Assembly (NCBI GenBank): GCA_964512925.1
Contig: CAZEKH010000004.1
Span: forward strand, 2,431 to 66,430
Source: an uncultured Candidatus Saccharibacteria bacterium
GTDB taxonomy: Bacteria > Patescibacteriota > Doudnabacteria > UBA920
Reading direction: 5' to 3'
DNA: 64,000 nucleotides
Shown here: positions 55,556-62,478 of the stretch, piece by piece
Position numbering within the stretch: the first letter of the stretch is position 1
Layout: each line of letters begins with the position of its first letter
The notes under the pieces: model-generated
Databases searched by the model: none
What the model was told of the DNA's origin: nothing
The model's input: the letters and a program-made list of their open reading frames with translations, nothing else
Translations under genes and position numbers: made by a program

Positions 55556-58426
55556 ATGGCAGACCCAGTTTTAAGCGACGAATCCGTTGATGCGGAAATA
55601 GATGAGGCGCAAAAAGATAACCCCAAAAAGCCTTCACCTCCTGAAGAGCTTTTCGGGTTGGCTAAACAAAAAGCTGTAAAAAATTCTCCAATATTGGCTG
55701 ACGGACAATCCGTGACTTTTTTTAGCTGGCCAGATGTGGCCAGGGCAAAATCAAAAGTTGTAATTTCAGGACAAAATTTAAATCGATATAACGCGCTAAG
55801 GGTTTGGGCAAAAGGCAAGCCTTACAATCCGGTTAGTCTTCATCGGGCGGTTTCTGACAGTGAGAGTATAGGTTTTTTAATGCCGGATTTCAACGATTTT
55901 TTAGATGAAGGCGCTGAAATAATTTTAGAACTTTTAAGCTCCACATTTCCCGGGCTTAACAGACAGTTGTCGCCAAGGGTTTTTTACAGCTTGAAATCAG
56001 AAGATTCTTCTGAAGAAGAAAAAAGTAAAGAAGAAAAAATTGCTAAAAATGAAAAAAATGATGACGGTTCTTCTAATAAATCAACGCAGTATTCTGGCAT
56101 TTCTCCTGTTCAGGCAACCGAGGAGTTGTTGGAAGGCGTCAGGCAATCTTTACTGTCTTCCAAAGATGCTCAAAATCAATTTGCTCCAAAAAGCGCTCTA
56201 GAGCCAGACTTTCCAAAAAAACAGGAAAATTTGAGTGAGGATTTGAATTCTGACGATGAAAATCCGGCTGTAGAGGGTATTTCTCAAACAACAGAAACTG
56301 GTGGAGGTGAAAATTCAGGGACAGAGGCGGTTTTAGATGCCTTAAATGTCAATCCTGGATTGATTGAAAATACGGAAATTCGGGAAAAAATTATCAGCGC
56401 CTTGCAAGCCGGCGAAGTTCAAAATCTGGATGAAGAAAGTGCAGAAGTTTTAAGCCGGATTATTAACTCTACCCAGGTTTCAAGTGGAATAACCGAGCAG
56501 TCAGATGATGTTTCGATAAAAACTGAATCCGAGGTTGGTGGAGCGTCAACTCTTCAAGGGACAGAGATTTCTGCCCGAACTCAAACAACTCAAACTGCAA
56601 ATGCCGGCGGGTCGGTTTCTTCTAAGGTTGCTTCAGAGAACATTTCCGTACAAGAGCCGAGGTTGGAGGCTAATTTAAAATCCACTCAAACGGAAGCTTC
56701 AGGCAGTATTACTGCCGAAGTAAAAACTGGCCAAGAACAAAGTTTGAGTCAAAATCAAGAGACTAAAGCCGATATAAGCGCCGAAGCTTCTTTAGATATC
56801 GGCGCTAACAATGTTTCTGAAACTAACAAGTCCAAGCCTGACTTAAATGAAAATGCCGATGTAAAAATAAATCAGAACTTACAAAATGAGACTGCAGCGG
56901 ATTTACCTAAAGATTTAACGGGTCAAGAAAAGAAACAAGATCAGCCGAAACAAGCGCAAGTAAAAAAACCATCGGGCGATTTAAAAGAACCGAAAGGCGA
57001 TTTTAAGGAAGCAAAACCGCAAAAACCGTCTGAAAAAAAAGCCAGCGAAGTTCAGGAGGATGTAAAACCGCAGGTTCCGGAAGAATATAAAAAAATGCTG
57101 GGAAGCCTTGATGGGAAAACTCCGTTGGGAGCGCTGCCGGCAAGGGAAGAAAAAAAATCCGAAAGTATAAAAGGAAAAAGCTCTGAAAAAAAACAAGAGA
57201 GAAAAAAAGGTCAGAATTCCGGCGCTCCTTTGGGCTTGGTACCGAAAGATTTTTCCAAAGCTGAAGCTGCCGCTAAAGAAAAATCTTTAAGCTCCGGTTT
57301 GCCTTCAGGGTTTAAAACTCCGCCTCAAAATGTGGAAGGTTTGAAAAATGTTGGAAAAGATACAGAAACTTCCCCTCAGGGTGATGAAAACAAACAGCCG
57401 TCTTTGGCTGAAAATATGCCGGAAAAATCCGAACAGGCAGGCCAGCCCGGACCAGAGAATGTAAACGAGAGGGAAAAAGATGCAGAAGATGCAGATGAAA
57501 ATTTAGAAACAGAAGAACCTGATACGCCGCTACCGCTTCAGCAGGTAGAAAATAAGAAAAAACAGGAAAAGAAAAAAAGTTTGGAATCAGCCGAAGCGGA
57601 TAAAGCTTTTGGCGTAGCGGCCTCCGCAGCCTGGCGACAGATTGCTTTGGTTTGGCTTCCTGGTATGTTTTTTGGGTCAATGCCGACCATTGTCGGCCCG
57701 ATATTTGTTTTGGTTATGGGGGCGCTCGCTGGGGATGTTTATTGGTGGTTTTTGCATTCGCGCAATTCCGACAGGTGGCCGCTTAAAACCTGGCAGAAAG
57801 GCCTGACTGTGGGAATCAATTTATTGTTGGCGGTTTTTGTGGTCGGTATTTTGTTGTTTTTTGTTACAACTTTGAAATATCTATGTTCAGATTCAAAAGG
57901 TTTAGGAGCTCTATATTTGGCAGGCTACCAAGATGTCTGTAAAGGAATAGACCAGGTTACAGGAACCAGCTTTTTAGACTTTCAAAAAAATCCTTACGCA
58001 GGAACAACGGATGGCGGGGTAACATCTTCCGGAATATGCCAGCCGGTTTCGTTCGGTGTCGCATCCGTGCAAAATTTGCAAAACAGTTGTTTTGGTTCCA
58101 ATGCAGCCAAAGCCTCTTCCATAGCCAAGCTGGAAAGCGGGGGTCAAGCAACCAATGAAAGTAAGAGCGACATATGCAAGGACGGTAAAGCGTTTTCGAT
58201 CGGGCTTTTTCAGATAAACTTGACAGTTCATAAAATAAACAGCTTAAACTGCCCCGCGGCTTTTGCGGGCAGGGACTTTGCCTGCACTGTGGTAAATGGG
58301 CAGCTATATAGTCAATGCGTACAAGCGGCAAAAGACGCACAGATCAATATTCAAAAAGCCTGCGAGATTTCCCAAAACGGCCAGAATTGGGGAGCCTGGA
58401 GCACAAATAGGGTATGCAAGTATTGA
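55556..58426 (+). CDS. VirB1-like lytic transglycosylase domain protein (956 aa): ~700-aa acidic/Lys-rich disordered N-terminal region, two TM helices, and a C-terminal Cys-rich GH23/SLT-like domain
   Basis: C-terminal KLESGGQATNE...GLFQINL matches the catalytic Glu-Ser and GLMQ motifs of SLT/GH23. TM segments are IALVWLPGMFFGSMPTIVGPIFVLVMGALAG and LTVGINLLLAVFVVGILLFFV. The N-terminal 700 aa are rich in E/K/S/Q. Confidence 0.5.
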   Translation: MADPVLSDESVDAEIDEAQKDNPKKPSPPEELFGLAKQKAVKNSPILADGQSVTFFSWPDVARAKSKVVISGQNLNRYNALRVWAKGKPYNPVSLHRAVSDSESIGFLMPDFNDFLDEGAEIILELLSSTFPGLNRQLSPRVFYSLKSEDSSEEEKSKEEKIAKNEKNDDGSSNKSTQYSGISPVQATEELLEGVRQSLLSSKDAQNQFAPKSALEPDFPKKQENLSEDLNSDDENPAVEGISQTTETGGGENSGTEAVLDALNVNPGLIENTEIREKIISALQAGEVQNLDEESAEVLSRIINSTQVSSGITEQSDDVSIKTESEVGGASTLQGTEISARTQTTQTANAGGSVSSKVASENISVQEPRLEANLKSTQTEASGSITAEVKTGQEQSLSQNQETKADISAEASLDIGANNVSETNKSKPDLNENADVKINQNLQNETAADLPKDLTGQEKKQDQPKQAQVKKPSGDLKEPKGDFKEAKPQKPSEKKASEVQEDVKPQVPEEYKKMLGSLDGKTPLGALPAREEKKSESIKGKSSEKKQERKKGQNSGAPLGLVPKDFSKAEAAAKEKSLSSGLPSGFKTPPQNVEGLKNVGKDTETSPQGDENKQPSLAENMPEKSEQAGQPGPENVNEREKDAEDADENLETEEPDTPLPLQQVENKKKQEKKKSLESAEADKAFGVAASAAWRQIALVWLPGMFFGSMPTIVGPIFVLVMGALAGDVYWWFLHSRNSDRWPLKTWQKGLTVGINLLLAVFVVGILLFFVTTLKYLCSDSKGLGALYLAGYQDVCKGIDQVTGTSFLDFQKNPYAGTTDGGVTSSGICQPVSFGVASVQNLQNSCFGSNAAKASSIAKLESGGQATNESKSDICKDGKAFSIGLFQINLTVHKINSLNCPAAFAGRDFACTVVNGQLYSQCVQAAKDAQINIQKACEISQNGQNWGAWSTNRVCKY

Positions 58427-58457
58427 AAATTATAAATTATTATTTTTTATTAATTAC

Positions 58458-58517
58458 GATCGTTTGACCCCTCCCGCCCCGATGTCCATCGGGGCACGCT
58501 CCCCAAGCCTGGGGAGG
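58458..58517. repeat. hairpin repeat family 2 copy
   Basis: GTTTGACCCCTCCCGCCCCGATGTCCATCGGGGCACGCTCCCCAAGCCTGGGGAGG. Confidence 0.75.
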
Positions 58518-58522
58518 AAAAA

Positions 58523-58984
58523 ATGAAATCTATGGAAAATTCTAAATTTTACAAAATATTGCTGGGACTCGGAATACTTATTTTGATTTTAGTCAGCGTG
58601 TATTTTGCATTGCCCGGTCCTGACCAAAAAAGCTCGTTGAATGGGAAGATAAATATTCCTGCGCAAAACGGACAAATCCAAACCAATGATTTTCATAAAA
58701 CTCAGGTGGAGCAAGTGGCTGAAACTTCGGTTTTAGCCAGAACTGCCGGGTTTGAAATTGTGAATTACGCGGTTGATAATTCTTTTACTATAACGCTTTC
58801 TCAAAAGCCGTTGGACAAGTCTCGCGATGAGGCTGAGCAAAAACTTTTGCAGATTTTAGGCGTTATCCCGACTGAGGCTTGTAAATTGAAAGTTGCCGTC
58901 TTTGTCCCTTTTTCCGTGGATGAGAAAGCTGCTGGTATAGACTATGGCCTAAGCTTTTGTCCAAAAGGCCTGCCGATTGATTAA
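58523..58984 (+). CDS. hypothetical single-TM or secreted protein (153 aa)
   Basis: TM segment ILLGLGILILILVSVYFALP. No motif. Confidence 0.3.
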   Translation: MKSMENSKFYKILLGLGILILILVSVYFALPGPDQKSSLNGKINIPAQNGQIQTNDFHKTQVEQVAETSVLARTAGFEIVNYAVDNSFTITLSQKPLDKSRDEAEQKLLQILGVIPTEACKLKVAVFVPFSVDEKAAGIDYGLSFCPKGLPID

Positions 58985-59020
58985 AGTGTGTTTATCTAAT
59001 TCAAAGATTGGTACTGTTTA

Positions 59021-59062
59021 CCCCCTCTCCCATATGGGAGAGGGCAGGGGTGAGGTTAGGGC
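59021..59062. repeat. hairpin repeat family 1 copy
   Basis: CCCTCTCCCatatGGGAGAGGGCAGGGGTGAGGTTAGGG. Confidence 0.75.
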
Positions 59063-59153
59063 GATTTTAATATAAAAAACCTAAGCCATTTTTGCATTCA
59101 ACCTAAAATATGCTATAATTTTTAGGTAAATTAGTTAAAATTTTGAAACAAAA

Positions 59154-60305
59154 ATGAATAAAAAAGCCATTGCCATACTTGGCGCAATTTTTATACTTAT
59201 CATTGGAGCTTTGGGTTTTCTCATATACTCAAAGTATTCATCCAAACCGGCTGGGGATACAGCCCAGGTTCAGCCAACTCCGACAGTAACCCCTGTTCCT
59301 TCAGCTGAGCCGACTTTAGTCCCGACTCCAACCCCGTCTGTCCCTGCCGGGCAATTTTATCTTTTAAATCAAGGACCGGTAGTTTCGCCTGTGTTGAATT
59401 TTGACGCATCCGCGGTTACCTATTTGGACAAACAGGGAAAAGTTTATGAAGCCAAGTTTGTGCAAAACGGCAATTTTTTAACCCTAGCCGCCCCGACCAC
59501 TTTTGAAATAGAAAGCAGATCAAACATCAGCAAAGTTTTATGGCCGTTGCACGGGCATGATTTTATAGCTCAGATGAACAGTTTTGGGAAAAAAACTTGG
59601 ACATATTTCAATGCGGAAAAAAATTCTTTTACAGATTTGCCTGACCAAGTATATGCTTTGGACTGGCTGCCTTCCTCAGACAAGATTTTGTATGTTTGGT
59701 TGGAAAACGGCAAAGCGACTTTAAACATCTCGGATCCTGATACTAAAAATTGGAAACAAATTTCCGAAATGTGGGAAACAGACAATGAAATCCGCATATC
59801 TCCCGACGGCTTGAATATTTTGTATTTTAGGACTGAAAACAGTTCCGATACCAACCAGATAAATTTGACCACTCCGGATGGCAAACTATGGCGCGGCTTA
59901 GTCAAGCAAGGTTATAACTACGGCGTTTTATGGAGTCCTGACAGCCAGAGGTTTTTATTTGCCAAAAAAGACGGTCAAACCCAGGCTTATCAGTTATGGG
60001 TTTATGAGTTGTTGTCAGGAGACTTGAAAAATACCGGACTTTATACCACTGTGGACAAAGCAGTCTGGGCTCAAAATGGGAAAACTTTTTATGCCTCTGT
60101 GCCGACTAGCCCTACAGCCCAAAGCGGAGTTTTGACTTCGGATATGTTTTACAGTATGGATTCAGATACTTTGCAAAAAAAATCTTTTGATCCGGGAACT
60201 ATGAAAATAGACGGCAGGGATTTGTTTTTAGACCCGTCCGGCGGTAAACTCTTTTTCCGCAACGCCCAGGATGGGGGTTTATATTATTTGAATTTAGTTC
60301 AATAA
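59154..60305 (+). CDS. membrane-anchored TolB-like (PD40/WD40-like) beta-propeller protein
   Basis: TM segment AIAILGAIFILIIGALGFLIY, a Pro/Thr linker, and PD40-like repeats ISPDGLNILYFRTENSSD and LWSPDSQRFLFAKKDG. Confidence 0.45.
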   Translation: MNKKAIAILGAIFILIIGALGFLIYSKYSSKPAGDTAQVQPTPTVTPVPSAEPTLVPTPTPSVPAGQFYLLNQGPVVSPVLNFDASAVTYLDKQGKVYEAKFVQNGNFLTLAAPTTFEIESRSNISKVLWPLHGHDFIAQMNSFGKKTWTYFNAEKNSFTDLPDQVYALDWLPSSDKILYVWLENGKATLNISDPDTKNWKQISEMWETDNEIRISPDGLNILYFRTENSSDTNQINLTTPDGKLWRGLVKQGYNYGVLWSPDSQRFLFAKKDGQTQAYQLWVYELLSGDLKNTGLYTTVDKAVWAQNGKTFYASVPTSPTAQSGVLTSDMFYSMDSDTLQKKSFDPGTMKIDGRDLFLDPSGGKLFFRNAQDGGLYYLNLVQ

Positions 60306-60479
60306 ATTATTTAAAATTTTTGATTAAATTTTTCTTTATCCGTTCACTGTAAATTTCTAATTGTTCTAATTATTCTAAAAAGCTTAAATTTCATTTGGGA
60401 ATTATTTAGGTCAATTACCTGACCGAATTAAACACAACGTGGCAGCCGGGGAAATTAGAATAATTGGAAATTTAATTTT

Positions 60480-61814
60480 ATGCCCAAATCTTCCACTGTC
60501 TTTGTTTGTTCTAACTGCAAGTACCAGAGCCCGCGCTGGCAGGGGAAGTGTCCTGAGTGCGGGGAGTGGAATAGTTTTAAAGAAAGCCAATCCGCCAGCT
60601 GGCGGACAAATAACAAAAATCAAAATTTTAGATCAGCATCGACCCCGGTAAATTTAAATGAGGTGGATGAATTTAGTCGCGGCAGGATAAAGACCGGCAT
60701 TGACGAGCTTGACGAGGTGTTGGGCGGAGGCGTGGTGCCGGGAAGTTTGGTTTTGCTGGGCGGGGATCCGGGCATTGGAAAGTCCACGCTTGCTCTTCAG
60801 GCTTCTTTAAATTTGTCCAAGGAAGTTTTGTATGTGTCCGGCGAGGAGTCAGCCGGCCAAATAAAGATGCGTTCCGGCAGGATGCCGGGCGAGGGTAGTT
60901 TAAATGTTCTTTCTGAAACTAACCTAGAAACCGTTCTGGCAACCGCCCAGGAGCAAAAGCCTTTGCTGGTTGTTATAGATTCTGTTCAGACTATGTACTC
61001 TGAGCAAGCCTCTGGGGTTTCCGGCGGGGTGGCGCAGGTTTCTTTCGCTGTCCAGCAGATAATGCGTCTGGCTAAAACCGAACACATCGCTTTTTTGCTG
61101 ATCGGCCATGTAACCAAGGAAGGCTATTTGGCGGGTCCTAAAACCCTGGAGCATATGGTGGACACGGTTTTGTATTTGGAAGGCGACAGGTTTGCCAATT
61201 TGAGGATCCTTAGGTGCGTGAAAAATCGTTTTGGCACTACAAACGAGGTTGGAGTGTTTGAGATGTCTTCTACGGGCTTAAAAGAGGTTAAAAACCCTTC
61301 CAGTTTGTTTTTGGGCGAGGATTCGCTTCGGGCTTCGGGCAACGCCATAACCAGCATAATGGAAGGCTCTAGGGCGCTTTTACTAGAGATCCAGGCATTA
61401 ACTTCGTCTTCCAGTTTTGGCTACCCCAAACGCACAACTTCAGGGTATGATCAAAATCGTCTTCAGCTTATAACTGCTATACTCCAAAAACGCGCAGGGC
61501 TAAATCTTTCTAACCAAGACATATATATAAACGTAGTAGGCGGACTGAAGATAGACGAGCCCGCCTCAGACCTGGCTGTAGCTCTGGCTATAGTCTCCTG
61601 CATCAAGGACAGCGTGATAGAAGACACGGTAGTGGTGGGGGAGCTTGGGCTTTCAGGAGAAGTCAGGTATGTGCCAAACCTGGAAAAAAGGGTGAAGGAA
61701 GCGGAAAAACTTGGCTTTAAAAAAATCATCTGCCCCCGCGGGCAAGTCAAAAGTTCCAAAATAAAAATCATCCAACCCAAAACTTTAAAACAGGCGATGG
61801 ATGAGCTTAAATAG
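60480..61814 (+). CDS. radA: DNA repair protein RadA/Sms
   Basis: Zinc ribbon CSNCKYQSPRWQGKCPECGEWNSF, Walker A LLGGDPGIGKSTL, the KNRFG motif, and a Lon-protease-like C-terminal domain. Confidence 0.92.
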   Translation: MPKSSTVFVCSNCKYQSPRWQGKCPECGEWNSFKESQSASWRTNNKNQNFRSASTPVNLNEVDEFSRGRIKTGIDELDEVLGGGVVPGSLVLLGGDPGIGKSTLALQASLNLSKEVLYVSGEESAGQIKMRSGRMPGEGSLNVLSETNLETVLATAQEQKPLLVVIDSVQTMYSEQASGVSGGVAQVSFAVQQIMRLAKTEHIAFLLIGHVTKEGYLAGPKTLEHMVDTVLYLEGDRFANLRILRCVKNRFGTTNEVGVFEMSSTGLKEVKNPSSLFLGEDSLRASGNAITSIMEGSRALLLEIQALTSSSSFGYPKRTTSGYDQNRLQLITAILQKRAGLNLSNQDIYINVVGGLKIDEPASDLAVALAIVSCIKDSVIEDTVVVGELGLSGEVRYVPNLEKRVKEAEKLGFKKIICPRGQVKSSKIKIIQPKTLKQAMDELK

Positions 61815-62352
61815 GGTAAAGGGTTTAGGGATTAGGGGTATGGAAAATATAAATTTAAAAAATTTTATGAATTTTCAAAGAGAAGCCAGATTTCGTCCAG
61901 ATGCTGGAACGGATAATACGGAAATCGAACCGGAATTTATAGAAAATGTTATGACAGAGGCTTATGCTCAAGTTGCTAGAGATTATGCCGACTATATGTC
62001 TTCAAAAAATCCACAGGATGTTTTTATGGAAGATGATAAATGCCAACAGGTTTCTGAAGCTATTTTTTATATTTTAAAGAAAGCAGGCATTCGAGCTCGG
62101 TATGTTTATGTAACCGATAGAGAAAAGTTTAAAACTTATGGCGGCAGGCAGCATATATATGTATGTGTGGATGATCGATATCTGCTCGACGGTACTTGGC
62201 AGTCATTTGTAGATTTTACAAATAAAAATCAGCCTTATTTGCTGTTGGATGTCAACGATATTGAATCAGGTTTGAAAAATGCAGACGTGCCTAAAGAATT
62301 ATGGTTAATTTGGATGGATTATAAAAAATATTTAAAAAAATTACCTAATTAA
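61801..62352 (+). CDS. hypothetical protein with a possible transglutaminase-like Cys-His-Asp core
   Basis: CQQVSEAIFYILKKAGIRARYVYV...QHIYVCVDDRYLLDGTWQ is arranged like a papain/transglutaminase-like triad. Weak. Confidence 0.3.
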   Translation: MSLNRVKGLGIRGMENINLKNFMNFQREARFRPDAGTDNTEIEPEFIENVMTEAYAQVARDYADYMSSKNPQDVFMEDDKCQQVSEAIFYILKKAGIRARYVYVTDREKFKTYGGRQHIYVCVDDRYLLDGTWQSFVDFTNKNQPYLLLDVNDIESGLKNADVPKELWLIWMDYKKYLKKLPN

Positions 62353-62416
62353 TATATAAAAGGGACGGGGTGAGGTTGCGGAATATTTTTTTAAAATAAA
62401 ACTATGTGGATTACCA

Positions 62417-62470
62417 GCGTTCGACCTCTCCCGCCCTTTCGGGCACCCTCCCCAAGCCTGGGGAGGGAAG
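62417..62470. repeat. hairpin repeat family 2 copy
   Basis: GTTCGACCTCTCCCGCCCtttcGGGCACCCTCCCCAAGCCTGGGGAGGG. Confidence 0.75.
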
Positions 62471-62478
62471 TATTGGAT

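Noticed and set aside
60585-60612. CCGCCAGCTGGCGG palindrome inside radA as a regulatory site
   Set aside because: It lies about 110 nt inside the coding sequence (KESQSASWRTN). It is kept only as part of the motif finding, and may be a coincidental match to the intergenic palindromes.
895-61780. Numerous antisense or embedded ORFs in the six-frame track (for example 895..1230, 4560..4961, 5697..5933, 6868..7080, 8121..8357, 10620..11333, 25434..25881, 25993..26559, 29065..29780, 31293..31651, 39394..40011, 40608..41015, 44638..45702, 50800..51595, 56981..58340, 61124..61780)
   Set aside because: They are shadow ORFs lying entirely within, and opposite or out of frame to, well-supported genes. 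They have low-complexity or repeat-like translations and no independent signals.
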